Shown piece by piece: positions 47,413 through 61,399 of a DNA stretch of 64,000 nucleotides. Source of the DNA: Macrostomum hystrix. Its lineage: Eukaryota > Animalia > Platyhelminthes. Position numbers and translations under genes: made by a program. The stretch lies in NCBI GenBank assembly GCA_950097015.1, contig CATNEN010000011.1, forward strand, positions 4,712,001 to 4,776,000. Reading direction: 5' to 3'. Below the pieces are notes generated by a model. That model was not told the DNA's origin. It saw only the letters and a list, made by a program, of their open reading frames with translations, and did not search any database. How positions within the stretch are numbered: the first letter of the stretch is position 1; each line of letters opens with the position of its first letter.

Positions 47413-48379
47413 ACTAAGTTAAAAGAATGGGAAATCGGTTTAACAAAATTATAATTTATCTACGGTTTTTCTAGAGATAGTACAGCTGTGGTACTAGCAA
47501 CGTGTGACAGCCAATCAGACTAAACTTGTCCAGTAAAATTGTGAGCTTGGCTCTCCAGACTCAATGAATTCCACATTCTACAATTTATTATCGAAGCAGG
47601 CAGTCTTGGGTCCATTTTAATCCTCGAAGTTTGATGTTGTGCAACAATACCCTCCCAATTAATCGACCATTGTCCATTGTCATGGCTCATGTCTAACCGC
47701 CCTTTGAGTTGAGCAATCGCAAGGATAAGTAGTCACTCAACGCTCATCTGGCAAGGATTAATATACAATTGAACAACTCCATAGTCGACATCTGCTCAGC
47801 TAAAAATGTCATAACAATATCTGCATGTACACCTGGCTCTTGTGTGCTCAATAACCTTTCTGGGAAATCTAGTTCAGTCTCGTACGCCGCAAAGTAGTTA
47901 TCAAACAATGCCTGACCATTTTCTTTCTCCTTCTTGTTTGCCCCGCTCAGACTCTGGGCACTAAAGAGACCCTTATAGACTTGGCTTTCAATTGGCGAGC
48001 CTATTTAACTTCTAGGGGATTTAGTCTGAGCACACTGCTCAAAGGGAAAGAATTGCCTTTCTCCCTTCAATCTTGGACGACTCGTAGATATATACGCTCG
48101 TATGTATGAAGAGAGTAGGGTCGCCTGGAAGCAAATATTTTAGGATTGGAAGAGAGGCTGAAAGACAGTGGGATAATAATATAAATCTTGCCCCTAGGGA
48201 GACATTGCCAATGAATTGCTTGATGGCTTCTGCTCTGCTTGGACGATTTCTGGGAGATTACACGCCTTTGGGCCATGGGTTAATCCTATAGGCAAACATC
48301 AGGGTAATTGTGTCCGGGTTGACGACGTTACCTCTTTAAATAATTAAATGCTCCCAAACACCATGGCTGATCTCACCTG

Positions 48380-49035
48380 TTTCTGCTTTGGGGAGATTCT
48401 CTGCTTTGGGGAGATTCTCTGCTTTGAGAGGTGTGGGTAGATTCCGGTTCGGGAAGATTACAGTTTTGGAAGATTCCAGTTTGGAAAGATTCCGGTTTGG
48501 GAAGATCCCTGTTTGGGAAGATTCCAGTTTGGAAAGATTCCAGTTTGGGAAGATCCCTGTTTGGAAAGATTCCAGTTTGGGAAGATCCCTGTTTGGAAAG
48601 ATTCCAGTTTGGAAAGATTCCAGTTTGGGAAGATTCCGGTGTGGAGAGATAACAGTTTGAGAAGATTCTGGATTGGAAAGATACCTTTTTGGGAAGATTC
48701 CGGTTTGGGATCATTCTTTGGTGACCTTTAGGAAGATTCCGGCTTTGAGAAGATTCCGGTTTGGGAAGATTCCTTTTTAGAAAGATTCCTTTTTGGTAAG
48801 ATTTCGGTTTTGAGAAGATTCTGGTTTAGGAAGATTCTGGTTTGGGAAGATCCCTGTTTGGGAAGATTCTGGTGTGGAGAGATAACATTTCGAGAAGATT
48901 CTGGACTGGAAAGATTCCTTTTTGGGAAGATTCCGGTTTTGAGAAGATTCTGGTTTCGGAAGATTCAAGTTGTTAACGATTCTGTTATGTTTTAAGAAGA
49001 TTCCGATTCGGAAGATTCCGGTTTGAGAAGATTCT
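48380..49035. repeat. Degenerate ~20-bp tandem array (GGAAGATTCC[G/A]GTTTG)
   Basis: GAAGATTC core repeated more than 25 times. The GRFQFGKIPVW ORFs are artefacts. Confidence 0.85.
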
Positions 49036-49863
49036 TTTTTGTCAATTTCTTTGTATGTGAGATTTATTTTCTTTTAATTGTGAAACCGCATTTAAACCGA
49101 AACGGCCTAGTCTAGTGTTTATTTTCTTATTGCAATGGCACAGAACATCACGATGTAGGGAGAATGTACTGTAGGCGACAAAATTAAGCACTCAATGATA
49201 TTCTGTGCACATTTCACCTTCTACAACTAGACCTACGCAGTCCAACGCAGTCCATGTATTAGTATAAGAAAGGTGGAGATTTTGTTAAAACGCGAAAGCT
49301 TTTTCTTCGTCCAGCAGTCTATCGCTAGCACTGATTTTTAGCCGAGGCGGATTGAAGACCAAATTGACTGACAGCAAAACCTGGTGGCTGGAACATCCTG
49401 CTATTCCTTGGATTTTCAATTTAAAATAACTGTTTTAGTCCACCAAAACTGCGTGCGGCTAAGAAGTAAGAAAATGACTGACGAGAAAAAAAACAGATTT
49501 TTTAGAATTCCGATAAGGCTAATTAGTAGAAATATAACTAATTATTTGTCGCATTTTCTTGATTAAGTTCTAACTTGTCAAGCCGTCAATGCTTTTGGTG
49601 ACCAATTCTTAGAAAAATGTGAGAATTTTTTTGAATGATGTAAGCTACTCTCAGAAATCGACATCAGTTATTCTTAGAAGCGGATGTCATGCAGCGATTC
49701 TAGGAAATAGATGTGAGTGTAATTCTTAGAAGCAGATAGAGGCGATTCTTAGAAACGAAAGGCAGCGATTCGTAGAAAATGATGTCAGTGATTCGATAGA
49801 AAAATGTATTTTAATATTTTAAAAGGCAGAAGTCAGTTATTTTTAGAAATTGATCCACTAAGC

Positions 49864-50407
49864 CAGGGGTCGGCAAACTCCGGCCCGCGGGCCAGATGCG
49901 GCCCTCGAAGCTCCCAAATCCGGCCCGTTGCCCATTCTGACATCTACAGTGTCCTGTTTCATCTCTCTCGTGTCTAATCTCTCCCGTGTCTCATCGCTCT
50001 CGTGTCTAATCTCTCCCGTGTCTAATCTCTCCCGTGTCTAATCTCTCCTGTGTCTCATCTCTCCTTTGTCTAATCTCTCCCGTGTCTAATCTCTCCTGTG
50101 TCTCATCTCTCCTTTGTCTAATCTCTCCCGTGTCTAATCTCTCCTGTGTCTCATCTCTCCCGTGTCTAATCTCTCCCGTGTCTCATCTCTCCCGTGTCTA
50201 ATCTCTCCCCTGTCTCATCTCTCCCGTGTCTCATCTCTCTCGTGTATCATCTTTCTGTGTCTCATCTCTCCCGTGTCTCATCTCTCCCGAGTCTCATTTC
50301 TCCCGTGTCTCATCTCTCCCCTATCTCATATTTATAGTCAATGCGGCCCGCTGTCGTCTTTTAGGTTCTCTCTTTGGCCCGCCAGCAAATAAGTTTGCCT
50401 ACCCCTG
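49864..50407. mobile_element. Non-autonomous hAT element (544 bp) with 8-bp TSD, carrying a minisatellite
   Basis: TIRs CAGGGGTCGGCAAAC and GTTTGCCTACCCCTG (14/15); subterminal CGGCCCGCGGGCCAGATGCGGCCC; perfect TSD CACTAAGC at 49856-49863 and 50408-50415; internal TCTCATCTCTCCCGTG array at 49955-50325. Confidence 0.93.
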
Positions 50408-51139
50408 CACTAAGCGGAGAGTTTTTTAACTTAACTTTCAGTGTTTCTTTCAGTGTTAGATTATCATCCATTACCTTGATGACGCCATATGGATCGAAGT
50501 CTATACAAGCCGATCATAAAAGTGCTATAAATATGTAATTCTAAGTTCAGTTTCGCTCATGTAACTCCTACTTTGTGGCTAATTTTAAACCATTCAGCAA
50601 AACTTTTTTAAACAGCCGATTGCTGCACGCCTGGTGCTGTGACGATAGTAATTATATGCTTTCACCTCTAGTCGGCATGCGGGTGCATTCCACAATGGCT
50701 CACAGCTATATTTGAACCAACTAAAGTTACTGTTGCAGTGTTCCGGACACAGGGGGAAGGTTGGACAGGTTCATTTTAGTCAGTTACTCAAGCGCGGGGC
50801 TCAATGAGTCTATTCTCTGCATAGCACTAGCGGCGATGCCTTCACCGAATTAGACTCAAAGAAGGGGGCCCCAATTTCTGTTCTTTCTTCGAATTCCGGG
50901 CTCTAGGGGTGTACAAATTTTATTTGAAAATTCTTTCACAGACTTTGTGGCCTTCTAGAATTTTGGCTACAAAGGGATTTACTCTCGCTCTATGAGATTT
51001 TATTAATTTTCTTTGACTTTCTTGACCTGAATCTCTTCTAAATCAAAGGGGGTTTAAAAATACACTATTTCTATTCCAAATGCTTTTCATGATCACATGA
51101 TTGTTCGTTAGATAATTATTGAGAAATTTGTATGAGATT

Positions 51140-53402
51140 CTTCGTGAAAAAAAAGTGAGATTCTTCATGACATTCTTCATGAGATTCTTCATTAGATTCT
51201 TCGTGATATTATCCATGAGATTATCCATGAGATTATCTATGATACTATCCATGAGACGAATCATGAGATTCTTCGTGGGATGAACCATGAGATTCTTTGT
51301 GAGATGAACCATGAGATTCTTTGTGAGATGAACCATGAGATTCTTTGTGAGATGAACCATGAGATTCTTCATGAGATTCATCGTGATATTATCCATGAGA
51401 TTATCCATGAGATTATCTATGATATTATCCATGAGATTATCTATGATATTATCCATGAGATTATCCATGAGATTATCTATGATATTATCCATGAGATTAT
51501 CTATGATATTATCCATGAGATTATCCATGAGATTATCTATGATATTATCCATGAGATTATCTATGATATTATCCATGAGATTATCTATGATATTATCCAT
51601 GAGATTATCCATGAGATTATCTATGATATTATCCATGAGACGAATCATGAGATTCTTCGTGGGATGAACCATGAGATTCTTCGTGGGATGAACCATGAGA
51701 TTCTTCGTGGGATGAATCATGAGATTCTTTGTGAGATGAATCATGAGATTCTTCGTGAGATGAATCATGAGATTCTTCGTGAGATGAATCATGAGATTCT
51801 TCCTGAGATTATCCATAAGATGAATCATGAGATTCTTCGTGAGATGAATCATGAGATTCTTCGTGAGATGAACCATGAGATTCTTCGTGAGATGAATCAT
51901 GAGATTCTTTGTGAGATGAATCATGAGATTCTTCGTGAGATGAATCATGAGATTCTTCGTGAGATGAATCATGAGATTCTTCCTGAGATTATCCATGAGA
52001 TGAATCATGAGATTCTTTGTGAGATGAATCATGAGATTCTTCGTGAGATGAACCATGAGATTCTTCGTAAGATGAATCATGAGATTCTTTGTGAGATGAA
52101 TCATGAGATTCTTCGTGAGATGAATCATGAGATTCTTCGTGAGATGAATCATGAGATTCTTCGTGAGATGAATCATGAGATTCTTCCTGAGATTATCCAT
52201 GAGATGAATCATGAGATTCTTTGTGAGATGAATCATGAGATTCTTCGTGAGATGAACCATGAGATTCTTCGTAAGATGAATCATGAGATTCTTCGTGAGA
52301 TGAACCATGAGATTCTTCGTGAGATGAATCATGAGATTCTTCGTGAGATGAACCATGAGATTCTTCGTGAGATGAATCATGAGATTCTTCGTGAGATGAA
52401 CCATGAGATTCTTCGTGAGATGAATCATGAGACTTTTCGTGAGATGAATCATGAGATTCTTCGTGAGATGAATCATGAGATTCTTTGTGAGATGAATCAT
52501 GAGATTCTTCCTGAGATTATCCACGAGATGAATCATGAGATTCTTCCTGAGATTATCCATGAGATTCTTCATGAGATTCTTCCTGAGATTATCCATGAGA
52601 TGAATCATGAGATTCTTTGTGAGATGAATCATGAGATTCTTTGTGAGATGAATCATGAGATTCTTCGTGAGATGAATCATGAGATTCTTTGTGAGATGAA
52701 TCATGAGATTCTTTGTGAGATGAATCATGAGATTCTTCGTGAGATGAATCATGAGATTCTTCGTGAGATGAACCATGAGATTCTTCGTGAGATGAATCAT
52801 GAGATTCTTTGTGAGATGAACCATGAGATTCTTCGTGAGATGAATCATGAGATTCTTTGTGAGATGAATCATGAGATTCTTCGTGAGATGAATCATGAGA
52901 TTCTTCGTGAGATGAATCATGAGATTCTTCGTGAGATGAATCATGAGATTCTTCGTGAGATGAATCATGAGATTCTTCGTGAGATGAATCATGAGATTCT
53001 TCGTGAGATGAATCATGAGATTCTTCGTGAGATGAATCATGAGATTCTTTGTGAGATGAATCATGAGATTCTTTGTGAGATGAATCATGAGATTCTTCGT
53101 GAGATGAATCATGAGATTCTTCGTGAGATGAACCATGAGATTTTTCGTGAGATGAATCATGAGATTCTTCGTGAGATGAACCATGAGATTCTTCGTGAGA
53201 TGAATCATGAGATTCTTTGTGAGATGAATCATGAGATTCTTTGTGAGATGAATCATGAGATTCTTTGTGAGATGAATCATGAGATTCTTCGTGAGATGAA
53301 TCATGAGATTCTTCCTCAGATTATCCATGAGATGAATCATGAGATTCTTCGTGAGATGAATCATGAGATTCTTCCTGAGATTATCCATGAGATGAATCAT
53401 GA
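51140..53402. repeat. 2.3-kb minisatellite: 24-bp unit GAGATTCTTCGTGAGATGAATCAT with a 12-bp GATATTATCCAT-type subarray
   Basis: Direct inspection. It generates 804-aa (-) and 708-aa (+) repeat ORFs. Confidence 0.97.
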
Positions 53403-54179
53403 CTGATTGAATCTCAACTGATTGATTGAGTGACCGGATTAACACTAAGTTATGCACCTGCCAACTTTCTTAACACGAACTGATCATAAGCGAAGCTGTG
53501 TGGAAAAATAATCTATAAAATTCTTATCACCCTACGAGTATTAAGCTTTGCGTTTATGGCATCCCGGGAGTATAATCCCAGACAGGCTTGGCTTAACTGC
53601 CAGATCCCAAACCCGTAATGGATTAGTGGCCTCGCAGATTAAGGAAGTGGTGTGACATTGGTGGAAATCGGCATGCAGAGATTTCACCGGAAATGGCTGA
53701 TTTGCACGACACGCTCGCACAGTACTAACAGCGGCTCTGTCCATTTTTATGAGTTCCTCGACAAGATCCCTATAAGCCTTCTCAATCTATTCTAGATGAT
53801 CATAAAATAATAAGATTTTCGCTAGAAATAAAATTGTTTGGTTAGTTACGTTTTGAGAAAAATGAATATTTAATTTTTATGGATTATTATGCATCATACT
53901 TTTATCGGTTTTAATCGATACTGAAACCAATTGGACTGCTATTCGTATTCTTACATTTTTACATATAGTTAACCAATTTTGCTGCGTACAAAAGACAATA
54001 AAAATGCTTACTAAGAAATGGCGATTTCTAGCTCGCTAGTTTCACAAACAACGATCGTTCATATCATAGTTAGATACTCATAAAGTTATGGGTTAGTGGT
54101 CTCGCAGATTAAGGAAGTGCTATTTATAGTCTTTATAAATCATAAACTGTAGTATTTTTGTTTAATTAAAAGAGGGCTG

Positions 54180-54375
54180 TTGGCAATGGCACATCATTTG
54201 GTAGCACTAGACGCGCAGGCAGCGAGAAGGCAATTCCGCCCATTCCGCTGACTCCTGAGCACACACTCACACACAGGCGTGTACATCTGCGCCGACTTTC
54301 TCATTCACAGACAGTGTACACTCTCCCTGCTGCCAAGCCCCCAAATGAATGTGGCCTCACCGCTCTGCCACTAAT
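54180..54375 (-). mobile_element. SINE family B 3' fragment
   Basis: gaggcaattccgcccattccgctgactcctgagcacacactcacacacaggcgtgtacatctgc is complementary to the 5960-6060 body. Confidence 0.7.
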
Positions 54376-55619
54376 GGTTAATAGAACTACACTTTAATAC
54401 TCAACAAATTTTAGCTTTCATCGAAATTATGAGTACTGTGAAATTAGGAAGTTCTAAATCGTTAATTTTTAAGTAAGTTTGATAGCTTCGGTGTAAACTT
54501 AACGCAAGTCTGCCTTATTCTGTAATTCCCTTTGCTTAATTTCAGTTTTACCGTACAATCCTAACAAAAAAATGCTTGTATGTGACATCAGACGTCAGAA
54601 CTGATGCATCCACTTTCGGAAGCTGATATTCGTGGGTTCAGTAACTCGTTTTGATGTCATTAAATCCATGTCACTCTGTGGCACACAACTCTGTGGCTCT
54701 AATCTTGATTGAATCAAATTGCCCATCTCGAGTTTAACAATTTATAATTCGACTTTGCAATTATTCTAATGACAAACTATAGTTTAAGGGCTTCAAGATA
54801 TTGCAATATAATGCAATCAACTACAAAGACTTTCCCAAAAATGTAAATTGCAATTCCAAATTATTTGAAACTTTCAACCCGCCAAAAGTTGCAGCCCATC
54901 TGATGCCGGCAATGTTTTAGTGGAAAAAAACTGCGTTTTAAATTATGACTTGCAAATTCAGATTCCAAGTCACAGAGCCACAGTGTACAAGCGGTACAGA
55001 CAGATAAACTAGATAAGGTGGGTGACTTGAAAAAATTGCACCCGAAGAAACTGAAATCTAAGAGCAGTTATTCAGTTTTTCAATTAGTAGCGAGAACTTG
55101 CTAACAGGCTTGCAAAGCAATTTTGTCCAAAATGTTTTTAAAAATGTACAGAAGCCTATACAGTGCGCGAAATTAGTATAAATATAAGCGCACACACATT
55201 CAGTTGCAGGTGTGCTATTGTTAATTAGTCAGCGTTTCGGATACATTCCTACACGCGCATGCACACACACTCACTCACACGCAGTCAAGGAAAGTACAAT
55301 TGAACTAATTGTTTAGTGCCATAAACAAGCTTGACACCAGTATAAAACTAATCACTATACCCTGATTGTTGCGCATAAACCTTGCCAACCAAATTCGTAC
55401 ATGGGAAAGCATTTAAGAAGATAATTCATTTCTTACTCTCCAAGGCTACTTACTGACCAAAGCTCATTTATCGAGGTGAGATAACGACTTGAATATACTT
55501 GAATAGAGTTGAATATACTTGAATAGAGTTGAATATACTTGAATAGAGTTGTATTGTTTTTTTTCATTGCATGATTATCATAATAAGCTGTTTGATTTCA
55601 TTTCATTTCTCATGTCGAA

Positions 55620-57772
55620 TATATTCTCATGTTGACTCTATTCTCATGTTGACTCTATTCTCATGTTGACTCTATTCTCATGTTGACTCTATTCTCATGC
55701 TGACTCTATTCTCATGTTGACTCTATTCTCATGCTGACTCTGTTCTCATGCTGAGTCCATTCTCCTGCTGACTCTATTCTCATGCTGAGTCTATTCTCAT
55801 GTTGACTCTATTCTCATGTTGACTCTATTCTCATGTTGACTCTATTCTCATGTTGACTCTATTCTCATGTTGACTCTATTCTCATGCTGACTCTATTCTC
55901 ATGTTGACTCTATTCTCATGCTGACTCTATTCTCATGTTGACTCTATTCTCATGCTGAGTCTATTCTCATGTTGACTCTATTCTCATGCTGAGTCTATTC
56001 TCATGTTGACTCTATTCTCATGCTGACTCTATTCTCATGCTGACTCTATTCTCATGTTGACTCTATTCTCATGCTGACTCTGTTCTCATGCTGAGTCCAT
56101 TCTCCTGCTGACTCTATTCTCATGCTGACTCTATTCTCATGCTGAGTCTATTCTCATGCTGACTCTATTCTCATGTTGACTCTATTCTCATGCTGACTCT
56201 ATTCTCATGCTGACTCTATTCTCATGCTGACTCTATTCTCATGCTGACTCTATTCTCATGCTGAGTCTATTCTCATGCTGACTCGATTCTCATGTTGACT
56301 CTATTCTCATGTTGACTCTATTCTCATGCTGACTCTATTCTCATGTTGACTCGATTCTCATGTTGACTCTATTCTCATGCTGACTCTATTCTCATGTTGA
56401 CTCTATTCTCATGTTGACTATATTCTCATGTTGACTCTATTCTCATGCTGACTCTATTCTCATTTTGACTCTATTCTCACGTTGACTCTATTCTCATGCT
56501 GACTCTATTCTCATGTTGACTCTATTCTCATGTTGACTCTATTCTCATGCTGACTCTATTCTCATGTTGACTCTATTCTCATGCTGACTCTATTCTCATT
56601 TTGACTCTATTCTCATGCTGACTCTATTCTCATGTTGACTCTATTCTCATGTTGACTCTATTCTCATGCTGACTCTATTCTCATGTTGACTCTATTCTCA
56701 TGCTGACTCTATTCTCATGTTGACTCTATTCTCATGCTGACTCTATTCTCATTTTGACTCTATTCTCATGCTGACTCTATTCTCATGTTGACTCTATTCT
56801 CATGTTGACTCTATTCTCATGCTGACTCTATTCTCATGTTGACTCTATTCTCATGCTGACTCTATTCTCATGTTGACTCTATTCTCATGCTGACTCTATT
56901 CTCATGCTGACTCTATTCTCATGCTGACTCTATTCTCATGCTGAGTCTATTCTCATGCTGAGTCTATTCTCATGCTGACTCTATTCTCATGCTGACTCTA
57001 TTCTCATGCTGACTCTATTCTCATGCTGACTCTATTCTCATGCTGACTCTATTCTCATGCTGACTCTATTCTTATGTTGATTCTATTCTCATGTTGACTC
57101 TATTCTCATGCTGACTCTATTCTCATGCTGACTCTATTCTCATGCTGACTCTATTCTCATGTCCAATCTGTTCTCATTTTAACTCTATTCTCATGCTGAC
57201 TCTGTTCTTATGTTGATTCTATTCTCATGTTGACTCTATTCTCATGCTGACTCTATTCTCATGCTGACTCTATTCTCATGCTGACTCTATTCTCATGTCC
57301 AATCTGTTCTCATTTTAACTCTATTCTCATGCTGACTCTGTTCTTATGTTGATTCTATTCTCATGTTGACTCTATTCTCATGCTGACTCTATTCTCATGC
57401 TGACTCTATTCTCATGCTGACTCTATTCTCATGCTGACTCTATTCGCATGTCCAATCTGTTCTCATTTTAACTCTATTCTCATGCTGACTCTGTTCTTAT
57501 GTTGATTCTATTCTCATGTTGACTCTATTCTCATGCTGACTCTATTCTCATGCTGACTCTATTCTCATGCTGACTCTATTCTCATGTTCAATCTATTCGC
57601 ATGTTCAATCTGTTCTCATTTTAACTCTATTCTCATGTTGACTCTATTCTCATGCTGACTCTATTCTCATGCTGACTCTATTCTCATGCTGACTCTATTC
57701 TCATGCTGACTCTGTTCTTATGTTGATTCTATTCTCATGCTGACTCTATTCTCATGTTGACTCTATTCTCAT
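55620..57772. repeat. 2.15-kb 17-bp minisatellite (GACTCTATTCTCATG[C/T]T) x~125
   Basis: Period 17 (TTCTCATG at 55624 and 55641). Variant blocks recur about every 140-150 bp in 57160-57620. Confidence 0.97.
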
Positions 57773-59274
57773 TGGACTCCTTGTCGCGTCCCTAACTGAT
57801 TTCGTCTCTCAGTAAAGATGAAGTCGCAAACCAGTGGGGAAATGTTCGGTGACTCTTTGTTTCGCAAAAAGTTATAATTAAACAAAAAACTTTGCGTCCC
57901 TAAAAAGACTACTTAAATATGTCGTTATCTCTTACAAAGCAGCTATAGCTTTGTTTAAATTAGATTTTTTCTTCTAAAAAAGAAGCATTATGCATTTGGA
58001 AAAGATAACAAGATTGATAAGCTTCTGTGAGCCGCTCACTCCGTTCGTTTCTAAATCAAATCCAGCGACAATAACACACTGATTATTAACATTGTAATCA
58101 ACTTGGAAACTGAGAAACTAAAAAATAACAGATTTGTTATGTCGGTGACGTTTGACACTATAGTTGTATAGAGGCTCATTTACGTCTCTACAAACAACAG
58201 ACTAAAGCTCATATCAGCATGACTAATCCTGATTGCCTCACGACCATTTTTACAGCTCTTAATAGCCTTCGAGAAACTGCAAATACTCCTATTGGGTATC
58301 GCTGATATGAAACAAGAGAATGAACCTGGGGCCTAAAAAAGCACAGTAATACGTGCTCTCTCTTCGGTTCTTCTTCGCTTCGAATTTGTACCAGTTTTTT
58401 TCAGCTTTTTTACTGCAGACAAAGAAAGATTATATATTCGTTACTAGACACTGATTTGTATCGTGCCTTTTTCTTGGAATTTCAAGGTTTCTTAGGGCAC
58501 ATTCTACTTGTATATGCCGTGACACAATTTATTTTTTATTTCGGTGATTAATTTTGTGCCACCTTGTTGTCTACTTATTTAGGTGTACTGAATCGACTTT
58601 GATTTAATAGTACAATGTAGAAGTGTTTTCCGCAGGCCGAGATATTCCTTGTTCGAATATGTCTATGGTACAAAGCAACATAGCTGGGACGTTAAAATTC
58701 GGAAAATTCTATACGAGTCTTTTAGCCATAGACAAGTGAACAAACAAAGCTAATTACGGTTGGTGAGACCTACTGACAAGGACTTCTATATAATAGCACG
58801 CTATCCAATTATGTAGAAGTCCTTGCCTTCTGAGAAGCAACCAGAGTAGATCATTGTAAATCAATTCAATATCTAAATATTGTACAACGGCACAATCAGT
58901 GAGTTTTAGCCTGAAAACGAAAAACTCATTCGCGTACAAAAAAGACAAAATCAACTTTACTAAAGTGTTATAGCCTTTTGCGAGCTTTAGGATAAAGATT
59001 AAAGTAGTTATATATTTTTTTCTGTTTCTCGCAAGCGAGGCAAAAGGCCTTATCTAACCCATGAGTAAGTAATTCACATCCCACTCTATTTTATCTGGGA
59101 AAAACAACAGCACGTGTTATTCCATCCCAGAGTCTACAAAGATCCCAAATTGATAAGAGCAAGTTTTACTACGAGCTATAATACAGGCTCACGAAGCAGG
59201 GATCAGAAATTGTAGTTTTTGCTGTTTTTTATCTAGTTAAGGCCCTGCAATACGAGCTACACTGTAAACACACT

Positions 59275-60108
59275 GGCATGGCTTTAGATTGTCATGGCTT
59301 CAGATTGTCATGGCTTCAGATTGGCATGGCTTTAGATTGTCATGGCTTCAGATTGTCATGGCTTCAGATTGTCATGGCTTCAGATTGTCATGGCTTTAGA
59401 TTGTCATGGCTTCAGATTGTCATGGCTTCAGATTGTCATTGCTTCAGATTGTCATGGCTTTAGATTGTCATGGCTTCAGATTGTCATGGCTTCAGATTGG
59501 CATGGCTTTAGATTGTCATGGCTTCAGATTGGCATGGCTTCAGATTGTCATGGCTTCAGATTGTCATGGCTTCAGATTGTCATGGCTTCAGATTGGCATG
59601 GCTTTAGATTGTCATGGCTTCAGATTGTCATGGCTTCAGATTGTCATGGCTTCAGATTGTCATGGCTTCAGATTGTCATGGCTTCAGATTGTCATGGCTT
59701 CAGATTGTCATGGCTTCAGATTGTCGTGGCTTCAGATTGTCATGGCTTCAGATTGTCATGGCTTCAGATTGGCATGGCTTTAGATTGTCATGGCTTCAGA
59801 TTGTCATGGCTTCAGATTGTCATGGCTTCAGATTGTCATGGCTTCAGATTGGCATGGCTTTAGATTGTCATGGCTTCAGATTGTCATGGCTTCAGATTGT
59901 CATGGCTTCAGATTGGCATGGCTTTAGATTGTCATGGCTTCAGATTGTCATGGCTTCAGATTGTCATGGCTTCAGATTGTCATGGCTTCAGATTGTCATG
60001 GCTTCAGATTGGCATGGCTTTAGATTGTCATGGCTTCAGATTGTCATGGCTTCAGATTGTCTTGGCTTCAGATTGTCATGGCTTCAGATTGTCATGGCTT
60101 CAGATTGT
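59275..60108. repeat. 16-bp minisatellite (CATGGCTTCAGATTGT) x~52
   Basis: Direct inspection. The MASDCHGFRLSWLQIV ORFs are artefacts. Confidence 0.97.
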
Positions 60109-60689
60109 AACGTTAGCGGTTTTTACCTTCTGATCCCAGAAAAAAATATTTTTGCTAAAAACCATGAAAACTAGCAGCGACCGGTTTAAAAAAAGCATAA
60201 AATCCATAATTGACCAATTCACTATCTTTGATGTAATAACTGTGCGCAAAAAACCATAGTCATGGTCTGTTTGATGGCCAAATAAAATGTTTATTTCAGT
60301 TTTAGAGGTAATTACTGGCATTCAACAGCTCTAGAGGGTGCATGAAGGAAGGAAAGCACAGCTATACTATAGGCTGGGTAACACTTATGGCCTCGCATAA
60401 TTCCTATATAGGCAGGAATTCGAATCAAGGTCAAACCCGACGATGCATTCCAAAAAATCCCAAGCCAACATGCTAGCACAGTTTTGTTAGTTTCAAAGTT
60501 GGAATGTATGTATATACAGGCCTTAGATGTTCGTTCGTTAACATGACAGACAGGCCGACACATTGCTAAGATCTTGGCTTGAACAAGCAGTCCAAGTCAT
60601 CTGTGATAATGTGATTCTGGCTAAAATAGGTGTCGACAGAAAGGCTCCGAATTTCGGCCAACTTACCCACATTCACTTTACTTTTCTCA

Positions 60690-61140
60690 TCTCCCGAGTC
60701 TCAATCCAGCCGCGTCTCTCCTGTGTCTCATCTCTCCTGTGTCTCATTTCTCTCGTGTCTCATCTCTCCTGTGTCTCATTTCTCTCGTGTCTCATCTCTC
60801 CTGTGTCTCATTTCTCTCGTGTGTGTCATCTCTCCCGTGTCTCATCTCTCTTGTATATAATCTATACTGTGTCTCATCTCTTCTGTGTCTCATTTCTCTC
60901 GTGTCTCATCTCTCCTGTGTCTCATTTCTCTCGTGTCTCATTTCTCTCGTGTCTCATCTCTCCTGTGTCTCATTTCTCTCCTGTGTCTCATCTCTCCCGT
61001 GTCTCATCTCTCTTGTATATCATCTCTCCTGTGTCTCATCTCTCCTGTGTCTTATTTCTCTCCCGTGTCTAATTTCTCTCATGTCTCATCTCCCCGCCTG
61101 TCTCATCTCTCCCCCTGTCTCATCTCTCATCTCTCCCATT
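60690..61140. repeat. TCTCATCTCTCCTGTG minisatellite, same family as inside the hAT MITE
   Basis: Direct inspection. Confidence 0.92.
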
Positions 61141-61399
61141 TTTTATCTATCCACTGTCCATTCGAGCCGCTATCATTCCTTGATTCTGTCTATAAGAAAT
61201 GTTAATTTAAGGTTCTGAGCTCATTGGACAAATGCAATCGCCACTAAAAGAGAAACTGGTTCATTGTGCCTGCGATGCTACTGTGATGACACGCGCTTTA
61301 TTTTTGTGCTAGCAAGCGTTAGGTACCCTTATTACTACAATGTGTGTGCATGAAGTGAAGGAAGTTCCAGTTTTGTCACCCATATCCTTCTGGCGCGGC

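Noticed and set aside
47640-48300. Minus-strand open stretch (QSLSGANKKEKENGQALFDNYF..)
   Set aside because: Interrupted by stops, no motif recognised; probably an old TE relic but unsupported.
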